A DNA stretch of 64,000 nt from Rhizobiaceae bacterium. GTDB taxonomy: Bacteria; Pseudomonadota; Alphaproteobacteria; Rhizobiales; Rhizobiaceae. Both the position numbers and the translations under genes were made by a program. Position 1 is the stretch's first letter, and each line of letters starts with the position of its first letter. Below, piece after piece: positions 53,697-63,500 of this stretch. Location of the stretch: assembly GCA_019635755.1 (NCBI GenBank), contig JAHBYW010000002.1, positions 627,591 through 691,590 on the forward strand, in the 5' to 3' direction. The notes beneath the pieces were generated by a model. It was not told the DNA's origin. It searched no databases and saw only the letters and a program-made list of their open reading frames with translations.

Positions 53697-54131
53697 ATGA
53701 CATCCCGGAACAGACTTCTGATCGGGGCCGCCGTGGTGGCGGTCCTCGTCGCCATCGTGCTGGCGGTGCAGTCCATGATGACGCCGCCGTCGGACCTCGA
53801 TCTCGCGCGCTCGAAGGCGACCGCGGGCGGCCTCTACGTTGCGGCGATCGAGCCCGACGGCGGGACGGTCGTCCAGAACGAGCTGCACGCCTGGACGCTG
53901 ACGGTGACGACGCCGGCCGGCGAGGCCGTCACCGGCGCGACGATCGGCGTGGACGGCGGCATGCCGCAGCACGGCCACGGCCTGCCGACCGCTCCTGCCG
54001 CCACGGAGCTCGGCGGCGGCCGCTACCGGATCGACGGCGTCCGTTTCAACATGAGCGGCTGGTGGGAGCTGAAGTTCTCCATCTCGGCGGCGCAGGGCAA
54101 GGACGATGTCGTCTTCAACCTCTCGCTCTGA
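53697..54131 (+). CDS. Membrane-anchored periplasmic FixH/YtkA-like protein with a Met/His motif (GGMPQHGHG), a possible Cu-binding protein.
   Basis: 144 aa. N-terminal TM segment LLIGAAVVAVLVAIVLAV. ATG at 53697 with an AGGAAC SD. The family assignment is tentative. Confidence 0.4.
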   Translation: MTSRNRLLIGAAVVAVLVAIVLAVQSMMTPPSDLDLARSKATAGGLYVAAIEPDGGTVVQNELHAWTLTVTTPAGEAVTGATIGVDGGMPQHGHGLPTAPAATELGGGRYRIDGVRFNMSGWWELKFSISAAQGKDDVVFNLSL

Positions 54132-55344
54132 ACGGCGCCGGGGCTTCCCGTTCGCGGCGCTCGTCGCGCTGGCGGCGGGCGTCGGGCTGCTCGCCTCCTG
54201 CCAGGAGAGCGAATTCACCGAGGCGGAGACGGCGACCATCGCGTCGCTGTCGCTCGACGCCCTCGGGCCGCTGCCGCCAGACCCGTCGAACCGCTACGCC
54301 GACGAGCGGCTCGCCGCCGCGTTCGGCGCCACCCTCTTCTTCGAGCAGCGGCTGTCGCGCGACGGCAACGTCTCCTGCGGCACCTGCCACAAGATCGACC
54401 GGCAGTTCCAGGATGACCTGCCGCGCTCGGTCGGCATTGCCGAGACCAACCGCCGGTCGATGCCGCTGGCCGACGTCGCGCGGGCGCCGTTCCTGTTCTG
54501 GGACGGGCGGCGCGACAGCCTGTGGGCGCAGGCGCTCGGCCCTCTGGAGGACAAGCGCGAGCACGGCGGCACGCGCGCCGGCTACGCGCATTTCATCGGC
54601 GATCACTACCGCGACCGCTACGAGCGGATTTTCGGGGCGCTGCCGGACCTGTCGAGCGTACCGGCCGCCGCCTCGCCGCTCGGCGACGATGGCGAGCGGA
54701 CGGCGTGGGCCGCGCTGCCGGCCGCGAAGCAGGAGGAGGTCGACCGCGTCTTCGCCAATCTTGGCAAGGCGATCGCCGCCTTCGAGCGGTCCATCGTGCA
54801 CGAGGAAACCCGCTTCGACCGCTTCGCCAGGGTGCTCGCGGCCGGGGAGGAGCCTGCGGGCGATGCGGTCCTCACCGAGCAGGAGCGGTACGGGCTGCGC
54901 CTCTTCGTCGGCAAGGCGCAATGCGTCAACTGCCACAACGGCCCGCGCTTCACGGACGACCACTTCCATAACACCGGCGTTCCCGCCGTCGCCGGCCTGC
55001 CGGAGGACCTCGGCCGTGAGACGGGCGCCATGCAGGTGCTCGCCGACCCGTTCAACTGCCTCGGCCGGTTCAGCGACGCGCCGGCGGAGGCCTGCGGCGA
55101 GCTGACCTTCATGAAGGCGGAGGGGCCGGAGTTGCGCCGCGCCTTCAAGACGCCCTCGCTGCGCGGCGCGGCGACGCGTCCGCCCTACATGCATTCGGGC
55201 CAGATCGCGACGATCGAGGACGTCGTCGCGCACTACACCCGGGCGCCGGCCAGCGACGGCGGGACGAGCGAACTCGTTCCCCTCAAGATCAACGACCGCG
55301 AGCGCGCCGCGCTCGTGGCGTTCCTCAAGACGATCGCGGAGTAG
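54106..55344 (+). CDS. Di-haem cytochrome c peroxidase (CCP/MauG family), lipoprotein.
   Basis: 412 aa with two CxxCH motifs (CGTCH, CVNCH) and a lipobox (LLASC). The start may lie a few codons downstream, because it overlaps the previous gene. Confidence 0.8.
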   Translation: MSSSTSRSERRRGFPFAALVALAAGVGLLASCQESEFTEAETATIASLSLDALGPLPPDPSNRYADERLAAAFGATLFFEQRLSRDGNVSCGTCHKIDRQFQDDLPRSVGIAETNRRSMPLADVARAPFLFWDGRRDSLWAQALGPLEDKREHGGTRAGYAHFIGDHYRDRYERIFGALPDLSSVPAAASPLGDDGERTAWAALPAAKQEEVDRVFANLGKAIAAFERSIVHEETRFDRFARVLAAGEEPAGDAVLTEQERYGLRLFVGKAQCVNCHNGPRFTDDHFHNTGVPAVAGLPEDLGRETGAMQVLADPFNCLGRFSDAPAEACGELTFMKAEGPELRRAFKTPSLRGAATRPPYMHSGQIATIEDVVAHYTRAPASDGGTSELVPLKINDRERAALVAFLKTIAE

Positions 55345-55415
55345 GCTCGACGCGCTTGCGGGCAGCCGCGACGCCTGCCAAAAGCATGGCGAACCGCCCG
55401 CCGGGGTCGCCTGCC

Positions 55416-58400
55416 ATGCCGTCCATCCTTGATACGATCCGCGCCGAACTGCGCGCCAACTATCTGCCGGAAGAGGATGCCGCCTTGGCGCGGCTTGTCG
55501 CCCAGGCCGGCCTGACGGACGGCGAGCGCGCGGCGATTTCCGCCCGCGCCGCCGACCTCGTCCGCGCCGTCCGGGAGTCGTCCGATCCGCGCCTGATGGA
55601 GGTTTTCCTCTCCACGTACGGCCTCTCGACCAAGGAGGGCGTGGCGCTGATGTGCCTGGCCGAGGCGCTGCTGCGCGTGCCCGACGCCGAGACGATGGAC
55701 GACCTGATCCGCGACAAGATCGCGCCGCACGACTGGTCGGCGCATTCGGGCGGGTCCTCGTCGATCTTCGTTAACGCGTCGACCTGGGCGCTGATGCTGA
55801 CCGGCCGGGTGCTGGACGATCCCGAGGACGGCATCGAAGGCACGTTGCGCTCGATGATCCGCAGGCTCGGCGAACCCGTCATCCGCACCGCGGTGGCCGC
55901 CGCCATGCGCGAGATGGGCGAGCAGTTCGTGCTCGGCCGCACCATCACCGAAGCGGTGAAGCGCGGTCGCCCGTTCTCGACCAGGGGCTACCTCTATTCC
56001 TACGACATGCTGGGCGAGGCGGCCCGCACCGAGGCCGACGCGCTGCGCTACCACCGCGCCTACGCCGACGCGATCTCGACGCTCGATTCCGGTTCCACCG
56101 GGACCGACATCCGCCAGAATCCCGGCATCTCGGTGAAGCTCTCGGCGCTGCATCCGCGGTACGAGCGCGCCCAGAAGGAGACGATGCTGCCGGTGATGGC
56201 GGACCGGCTCCTGACGCTGGCGCTCGCCGCGCGGCACGCCCGCATGGGGCTCAACATCGACGCGGAGGAGGCCGACCGGCTCGACCTGTCGCTCGACGTG
56301 ATCAGCCAGGTTTTGGCCGAACCCGAACTCGCCGGCTGGAACGGCTTCGGCGTCGTCGTGCAGGCCTACGGCCCGCGCGCGGCCTTTGCCATCGACTGGC
56401 TCTACGCGCTGGCGAAGAAGCTCGACCGCCGCATCATGGTGCGGCTGGTGAAAGGGGCCTACTGGGACAGCGAGATCAAGCGCGCGCAGGCGCTGGGCAT
56501 CGGCGGATACCCCGTGTTCACGCGCAAGGCGAACACCGACGTCTCCTACATCGCCAATGCGCGCAAGCTGCTCGGCATGAAGGACCGAATCTATCCGCAG
56601 TTCGCCACCCACAATGCCCATACCGTCGCGGCGATCCTGGCGATGGCAGGCGAAGACCGCGATGGCTTCGAGTTCCAGCGGCTGCACGGCATGGGCGAGG
56701 CGCTGCACGAGGCGGTGCGCGTCGCGGAAGGGACGCGCTGCCGCATCTACGCGCCGGTCGGCGCGCATTCCGACCTCCTGGCCTACCTTGTCCGCCGGCT
56801 GCTGGAGAACGGCGCGAACTCGTCCTTCGTCCACCAGATCGTCGACGAGGACGTGGCGCCCGAGGAAATTGCCCGCGATCCGTTCGATACGGTGGCGGGG
56901 CAGGGGCCCGCCGCCAACCCGTCGATCCCGATGCCGGCCGCGATCTTCGCACCGTCGCGCCTCAACTCGCTCGGCCACGACATCAGCGATCCGGCGACGC
57001 TGGCCGGGATCGAGACGGCGCGCGCCGCCTTTGCCGGCCAGAACGCATGGACTGCGAGGCCGGTCACGCGCGCTCCGGGTGCGACCGCGGCGCGCGAGAT
57101 CCGCAACCCGGCGCGGCCCGACGATGTTGTCGGAACCGTGCACGAAGCGGCAGCCGGGCTGATACCGGACGCAGTCGCCAACGCTGTCGCGGCGCAGCCG
57201 AAATGGGCGAAGAAGGCTGTGTCGGACCGTGCCGCGATCCTGCGCAAGGCTGCCGACCTTTACGAAGCCAACGCCGCCGAGTTCTTCGCGCTCTGCACGC
57301 GCGAGGCCGGCAAGACGCTGGCCGACGCCATCGCCGAGTTGCGCGAGGCCGTCGACTTCCTCCGCTACTACGCGGCCGAGGCGGCGGGCGCCGAAGCCGC
57401 GACCGAGGCGCGTGGCGCCATCGTCTGCATCTCGCCGTGGAATTTCCCGCTGGCGATCTTCACCGGCCAGGTCGCGGCGGCGCTGGTGACCGGCAATGCC
57501 GTCATCGCCAAACCGGCCGAGCAGACGCCGCTGATCGCCGCGCGGGCAGTTGCCCTCCTGCTGGAGGCCGGCGTGCCGGAAGACGTGCTGCAACTCCTGC
57601 CAGGCGACGGTCCCGCGGTCGGCGCGCCGCTGACCGCCGATCCGCGCATCGCCGGCGTCTGCTTCACCGGCTCGACCGACGTCGCCAGGGCGATCGAGCG
57701 CCAGCTCGCGAAGACCGCCGCGCCCGACGCCATGCTGATCGCCGAGACCGGCGGCCTGAACGCGATGATTGTCGATTCCACCGCGCTGCCGGAGCAGGCG
57801 GTGCGCGACGTGCTGGCATCGGCGTTCCAGAGCGCCGGCCAGCGCTGCTCGGCGCTGCGCGTCCTCTACGTCCAGAAGGACGTCGAGGCGAAGGTGGTCG
57901 AGATGCTGAAGGGCGCCATGGCAGCGCTGACCGTTGGCGACCCCTGGCACATCGCGACGGATGTCGGGCCGCTGATCGACGCCGAGGCGCAGGACGCGAT
58001 CGGTGCCTACTGCGCCGACATGGAGGCCGCAGGCAAGGTGATCGCGAAGCTCGAGACGCCCGCGGCCGGCCGCTTCGTCGCGCCGCATGTGGTGAAGGTC
58101 GCCGGCATCGGCGACATGGAGCGCGAGATCTTCGGTCCCGTGCTGCATGTCGCGACCTACCGCGCCGACCGGCTGGGCGATGTCGTGTCGGCGATCAATG
58201 CAAAGGGCTATGGCCTCACCTTCGGACTGCACACGCGTATCGAGGCGCGCGTGCAGGAGGTCGTCGACGGCATCCACGCCGGCAATATCTACGTCAACCG
58301 CAACCAGATCGGCGCGGTCGTCGGCTCGCAGCCGTTCGGCGGCGAGGGGCTGTCGGGCACCGGTCCGAAGGCGGGCGGGCCGCATTATCTGAGGCGGTTC

Positions 58401-59159
58401 CGCCGGAGCGGTTCAAGTGGCGGCCAACGGCCAAGTGCCGCCTCCGATGCCGGTGTTTCCGCACCCCCACCCGCGCTGCCTGCGGCATCGCGACCTCCCC
58501 GCAAGGAGGAGGCGAGGGCGTCGGCGCTATCCCCCTCCCCCTTGCCGGGAGGGGTCAGGGGTGGGGGTACGAAGGCAGCGGTCACGTTGCGCGAGCATCT
58601 GCCGGACCCCGCACTGGGCGGCTGGGCGACGCGGCAGGACCGCGTGGCGATCCTGCGCAAGCACCTGCGCGGCAAGGGTGCGGCGGCCATCGCCGCCGCC
58701 GCCGCGACCGATTTCGGCCCGGTCGACCTGCCCGGCCCGACGGGCGAAGCCAACACGCTGACGCTCGTTCCACGCGGCATGGCGCTCTGCCTCGGCCCGG
58801 ATCCCGATGCGCTGCTCGGACAGTCGGTGCAGGCGCTTGCCGCCGGCAACGGCGTGCTGGCGGTGGCGCCGGGCGCTCCGGCGGCGCTGAATGCGCTGAC
58901 CGGCAAGGGGCTCCCCATCAACGCGATCGACGGCGGCTTCTCGGCGGGCGACCTGAAGGCGCTGCCGGTCGACGTGGTGGCGTTCGCCGGCGATGCGGAG
59001 ACGATGCGGGCGCTTCGCTCGGTTCTGGCCGAGCGCGCCGGGCCGATCGTGCCGCTGGTGACGGAGCCGATCTATCCGGCTGCCTACGCGCATGAACGCG
59101 CGGTCTGCGTCGACACGACCGCGGCCGGCGGCAACGCCAGCCTGCTGGCGTCGGCCTAG
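55416..59159 (+). CDS. putA: Bifunctional proline dehydrogenase / 1-pyrroline-5-carboxylate dehydrogenase.
   Basis: It is about 1247 aa from the ATG at 55416. The PRODH barrel and the ALDH domain are present (active-site Cys in AGQRCSALR). The linker before the C-terminal domain is about 50 aa longer than usual because of an in-frame repeat element. Confidence 0.9.
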   Translation: MPSILDTIRAELRANYLPEEDAALARLVAQAGLTDGERAAISARAADLVRAVRESSDPRLMEVFLSTYGLSTKEGVALMCLAEALLRVPDAETMDDLIRDKIAPHDWSAHSGGSSSIFVNASTWALMLTGRVLDDPEDGIEGTLRSMIRRLGEPVIRTAVAAAMREMGEQFVLGRTITEAVKRGRPFSTRGYLYSYDMLGEAARTEADALRYHRAYADAISTLDSGSTGTDIRQNPGISVKLSALHPRYERAQKETMLPVMADRLLTLALAARHARMGLNIDAEEADRLDLSLDVISQVLAEPELAGWNGFGVVVQAYGPRAAFAIDWLYALAKKLDRRIMVRLVKGAYWDSEIKRAQALGIGGYPVFTRKANTDVSYIANARKLLGMKDRIYPQFATHNAHTVAAILAMAGEDRDGFEFQRLHGMGEALHEAVRVAEGTRCRIYAPVGAHSDLLAYLVRRLLENGANSSFVHQIVDEDVAPEEIARDPFDTVAGQGPAANPSIPMPAAIFAPSRLNSLGHDISDPATLAGIETARAAFAGQNAWTARPVTRAPGATAAREIRNPARPDDVVGTVHEAAAGLIPDAVANAVAAQPKWAKKAVSDRAAILRKAADLYEANAAEFFALCTREAGKTLADAIAELREAVDFLRYYAAEAAGAEAATEARGAIVCISPWNFPLAIFTGQVAAALVTGNAVIAKPAEQTPLIAARAVALLLEAGVPEDVLQLLPGDGPAVGAPLTADPRIAGVCFTGSTDVARAIERQLAKTAAPDAMLIAETGGLNAMIVDSTALPEQAVRDVLASAFQSAGQRCSALRVLYVQKDVEAKVVEMLKGAMAALTVGDPWHIATDVGPLIDAEAQDAIGAYCADMEAAGKVIAKLETPAAGRFVAPHVVKVAGIGDMEREIFGPVLHVATYRADRLGDVVSAINAKGYGLTFGLHTRIEARVQEVVDGIHAGNIYVNRNQIGAVVGSQPFGGEGLSGTGPKAGGPHYLRRFRRSGSSGGQRPSAASDAGVSAPPPALPAASRPPRKEEARASALSPSPLPGGVRGGGTKAAVTLREHLPDPALGGWATRQDRVAILRKHLRGKGAAAIAAAAATDFGPVDLPGPTGEANTLTLVPRGMALCLGPDPDALLGQSVQALAAGNGVLAVAPGAPAALNALTGKGLPINAIDGGFSAGDLKALPVDVVAFAGDAETMRALRSVLAERAGPIVPLVTEPIYPAAYAHERAVCVDTTAAGGNASLLASA
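58463..58568. repeat. Mosaic palindromic element, type B, inserted in frame inside putA: CCCCCACCC ... CCTCCCCGCAAGGAGGAGG ... CCCCCTCCCCCTTGCCGGGAGGGG ... GGGTGGGGG.
   Basis: Same architecture as 26312-26400. It is translated as ...PHPRCLRHRDLPARRRRGR.../...SPSPLPGGVRGGGT... within the PutA linker. Confidence 0.7.
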
Positions 59160-59491
59160 ACGATGCCGTCGGCCTTCAGCGTCGCGCGCCAGTGCTCCAT
59201 CCGGTCCTTCAGTGCCGAGTCGCGCGCATAGGCGTCGTCGGCGTCGACCAGTTCGAGTTCCTCGAAGCTGAAGCTGTCGGCGCCGTGCGCGTTCCACGCC
59301 TTCTGCATCGCCGGATGCTGGTTGCCGTCGGTGCGAAGGCCGAACCAGAGCCGCGTCTGGATCGTCTCGATATCCGGCGCGCGGCCGACCCAGACCTGGC
59401 CCGTCGCGGCGCAGCGCACGGCATAGATGCCGGCGACCGCCTTGCGCTTCTTGTATTCCGCGACCGCCGCTTTTCTGTCCGCCGCGCCCAT
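59156..59491 (-). CDS. Small GIY-YIG nuclease-superfamily protein.
   Basis: Trimmed to the ATG at about 59490 (MGAADRKAAVAEYKKRK...). GIY-YIG-like core AGIYAVRC...TGQVWVGRAPD. The 60-aa Arg-rich extension in the track is rejected. Confidence 0.55.
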   Translation of the reverse strand: MGAADRKAAVAEYKKRKAVAGIYAVRCAATGQVWVGRAPDIETIQTRLWFGLRTDGNQHPAMQKAWNAHGADSFSFEELELVDADDAYARDSALKDRMEHWRATLKADGIV

Positions 59492-59543
59492 CGACCTGCT
59501 CCGCTGATGAAGCGTGGTCCTATAGCGGCCGGCGCGTCGAACG

Positions 59544-59852
59544 TCACGCGCCTTCGACGACCGTGAACCCCTCGAACTCGGGATGGCCGAGATAGGTCGC
59601 CTTGCTCTCGCCCGCGTTGCGGTGCGAGGCGCGGAAATTCTCCGACTTCGTCCAGGCGACGAAATCGTCATGGCTGTCCCACACCGAATGCGACGCGAAA
59701 AGCGTGTGGTCCTCCCGCGCGGGCCCGCGCAGCAGCTTGAACTCGCGGAAGCCTTTCATGTCGCCGAGCCGCGAATCGCGCCCCTTCCACAGAGCCTCGA
59801 ACGCGTCTTCCGAGCCTTTGGCGACCTTGAAGCGGTTCATCGCGATATACAT
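59544..59852 (-). CDS. ABM-fold (antibiotic-biosynthesis-monooxygenase / Dabb) small protein.
   Basis: Trimmed to MYIAMNRFKV... It is about 102 aa with an ABM ferredoxin-like fold signature. Confidence 0.55.
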   Translation of the reverse strand: MYIAMNRFKVAKGSEDAFEALWKGRDSRLGDMKGFREFKLLRGPAREDHTLFASHSVWDSHDDFVAWTKSENFRASHRNAGESKATYLGHPEFEGFTVVEGA

Positions 59853-59888
59853 GGACGCTCCTTCGGTCGCCGCAGCCAAACGGAAACC

Positions 59889-60350
59889 TCAGCCGGCCAG
59901 CGCGCGGGGCTGCAGTTCGTCGATGCCCAGCAGCGCGCGCACGTTCGGCCGCGCCTTGACGAGATCGTCGATGGTGAAGCGCTGCAGCACCTCGAAGAAG
60001 GCGCCCAGCGCCTCGCGCAGCGCCGCGTTCAGCGCGCAGCTGTCGACCAGCGGGCATTCCGTCGCGTCGTTCTCGAAGCACTCCGCCATGGCGAAATTCT
60101 CCTCGGTCACGCGGATCACGTCGAACAGCGTGATATCCTTCGCCGCGCGTGCCAGCCGGACGCCGCCATTGCGGCCGCGCACCGTCTCGACCAGCCGGTT
60201 CTCGACCAGCGGCTGCAGGATCTTGAACAGGAACAGCTCCGAGACCGTGTAGGCCTCGGCGATCTCGGGGATGCGGGAGAGCCGCCCGTCATTGGCCGCG
60301 CAGTACATCATGATGCGCACGGCGTAGTTCGTCTGGCGTGTGAGCCGCAT
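59889..60350 (-). CDS. Rrf2-family transcriptional regulator (NsrR/IscR-like, three-Cys cluster ligand set).
   Basis: Trimmed to MRLTRQTNYAVRIMMYCA... The wHTH and C-terminal Cys residues (CFENDATECPLVDSC) are present. It is divergent from the P450 gene. Confidence 0.8.
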   Translation of the reverse strand: MRLTRQTNYAVRIMMYCAANDGRLSRIPEIAEAYTVSELFLFKILQPLVENRLVETVRGRNGGVRLARAAKDITLFDVIRVTEENFAMAECFENDATECPLVDSCALNAALREALGAFFEVLQRFTIDDLVKARPNVRALLGIDELQPRALAG

Positions 60351-60550
60351 TGCTGGTCTTCCGCGAAGCGTCGGGTTCGTTGAGCTACACCTTAGAACAG
60401 TTCTGAACAAGGACGCAACGAACTGGAGCGCCATTCTCCGCTTTCGCCACCCCGCCGGCCATGCGACGCGCGGTCGCTTCGCTTGTTTTTGTGCGCTTCT
60501 CCGGCTTATCTGATCGGGGAAATGGCTGGTCTCCAGCCGGGAGGATTTCC

Positions 60551-63500
60551 ATGGCGCCGAAGAATGCGCTGCATCCGATTCCGCAGCCGCCGGGCCGGCC
60601 GATCGTCGGCAACATGCTGTCCTTCGACAGTTCGCAGCCGCTGCAAAGCCTGATGCAGATGACGCGCGAGCTGGGCCCGATCTTCTGGCTCGACATGATG
60701 GGCACGCCGCTGGTGGTCGTGTCCGGCGCCAGCCTGGTCGAGGAGCTGTGCGACGAGAGCCGCTTCGACAAGGCGGTGCGCGGGTCGCTGCGCCGTATCC
60801 GCGCGGCCGCCGGCGACGGGCTGTTCACCTCCGACACGGCCGAGCCGAACTGGCAGAAGGCGCACAACATCCTGCTGCCGACCTTCTCGCATCGCGCGAT
60901 GAGCGGGTACCTGCCGCTGATGCAGGACATTGCCGGGCAGCTCTGCACCAAGTGGGAGCGGCTCAACGCCGACGACGACATCGACGTCGTCCACGACATG
61001 ACGGCGCTGGCGCTCGACACGATCGGGGTGTGCGGCTTCGACTACCGCTTCAATTCCTTCTACCGCCGCGACTACCACCCCTTCATCGACTCGCTGACGC
61101 GCACGCTGGAGACGGCGATGGTTCAGCGCGGCCTGCCGTTCGAGAAGATGCTCTTGCGCCGCCGCCTCGGCCAGATGGGGGACGACATCGGGTTCATGTC
61201 GAAGCTGGTTGACGACATCATCCGCGAGCGCAGGCGCGGTGCCGCCGACGATGCGCAGAAAGACCTGCTCAACTTCATGCTGGCCGGCGTCGACAAGCAG
61301 ACGGGCGAGAGCCTGTCCGACGAGAACATCCGCTACCAGATCATCACCTTCCTGATCGCCGGCCACGAGACGACGTCGGGCCTGCTCTCCTTCACGCTCT
61401 ACTTCCTGCTCAACAACCCCGACGTGCTGGCCAAGGCCTATGAGGAGGTCGACCGCGTTCTCGGCAACGACATCGGCGTGCCGCCGACCTTCCAGCAGAT
61501 CAACCAGCTGACCTATGTGCAGCAGATTCTCAACGAGGCGCTGAGGCTCTGGCCGACCGCCCCGGCGATCGGCCTCTATCCCTACAAGGACGAGGTGATC
61601 GGCGGCCAGTACCGGCTGAAGAAGAACACCTTCATCACGCTTTTGACGCTCATGCTCCACCGCGACACGTCGGTGTGGGGGCCGGACGCGGAGAAGTTCA
61701 ACCCCGACAATTTCTCGCGCGAGGCGGAGTCCGCACGGCCGGCGAACGCCTTCAAGCCGTGGGGCAACGGCCAGCGCGCCTGCATCGGGCGGCAGTTCGC
61801 CATGCAGGAGGCGACGCTGGTGGTCGGCATGATCCTGCAACGCTTCCAGCTCTTCGACCACCTGAAGTACCAGCTCAAGATCAAGGAATCGCTGTCGATC
61901 AAGCCGGACGGATTCCGCATCAGGGTGAAGCCGCGGCCGGGCCGCACGCGCAGCGCGACCGTGGCAGGCGCTGCGATCCCCGCCAACCAGAATGCCGCGC
62001 CCGCGGCCGAGACCGCCAAACGGCCGAAGCACGGCACAAGGGCGACAATCCTGTTCGGCTCCAACCTTGGCACCACCGAGGAACTGGCGCGCGCCATCGC
62101 CGGGTCGGCGGAACTGAACGGCTTCGACGTGACGCTGGCCGATCTCGACGCCTATGCCGGCGATCTGCCGAAGGACGGCGCGGTCATCATCGCCAGCGCG
62201 TCGTACAACGGCGCGCCGCCCGACAACGCAACGCGCTTCGTGAAGTGGCTGAACGAGGCGCAGCCGGGCGCGGCGAACGGCGTCAACTATCTCGTCTTCG
62301 GTTGCGGCAACCGCGACTGGGCCTCGACCTTCCAGGCGACGCCGCGCATGATTGACGAGCGTATGGAGGCGCTGGGTGCCCGACGCCTGATGCCGCGCGG
62401 CGAGGCCGATGCGCGCGAGGATCTCGACGGCCAGTTCCAGTCCTGGTTCCGCACACTCTGGCCGTCGGTCGGGGCGGCGCTCGGCCTCGACGTCGACTTC
62501 TCCCAGCAGGCCAGGGCCGCGCCGCTCTACGACCTCGAAGTCGTCTCCGCCGCCGCGAGCCATCCGGTGATCGCGCAGGCCGGCGCGCGGCCGATGACCG
62601 TGCGTATCAATCGCGAGCTGCAGTCGCCGGGGTCGGGCCGATCGACGCGGCATATCGAGGTGGCGCTTCCCGAGGGCGTGACGTACCGGCCGGGCGACCA
62701 TCTCACCGTCGTGCCGGTCAACGATGTCGCGCTGGTTGAGCGTGTCGAGAAGCGGTTCGGCTTCGCGCCGGATGCGCAGATCCGGCTGAGGACGACGGGC
62801 GGGCGCCACGCGCCGTTCCCGATCGACGGGCCGTTGTCGGTCCGCCGCATCCTGTCCGGCTATGTCGAGCTGCAGGCGGTGGCGACCCGCACGCAGGTCG
62901 CCGCGATGGCCGAGCACACGCGCTGCCCGAAGACGAAGCCGGCGCTGGAGGCTCTCGCGTCCGAGGCGAAGGACGGCGCTGACGCCTATCGTGCCGACGT
63001 GTTCTCGAAACGGCGCTCGGTGCTCGACCTGCTGGAGCACTATCCGGCCTGCGAGCTTCCCTTCGGCGTCTATCTCGAAATGCTGCCGCTGCTGTCGCCG
63101 CGCTATTATTCGATCTCGTCCTCGCCCAATGCGGAGCCGGGCGTTGCGGCGGTCACGGTCGGCGTGGTCGAGGGGCCGGCGCGGTCGGGAAGCGGCACCT
63201 ACAGGGGCTGCTGCTCGAACCATCTGGCGCATGTGCTCCCGGGCGACGTTATCCACGCCTCCATCCGCGAGACCAAGGCCGGCTTCCGGCTGCCGGACGA
63301 CGCGGCTCGGCCGATCATCATGGTCGGCCCCGGCACCGGGCTGGCGCCGTTCCGCGCCTTCCTTCAGGAGCGCGGCGTGCGCAAGGCCGCGGGGCAGGCG
63401 CTCGGGCCGGCCATGCTGTTCTTCGGCTGCCGCCATCCGGACCAGGACTTCATCTATCGCGACGAGCTCGAAGCGGCCGCGGCGAACGGCCTCACCGCGC

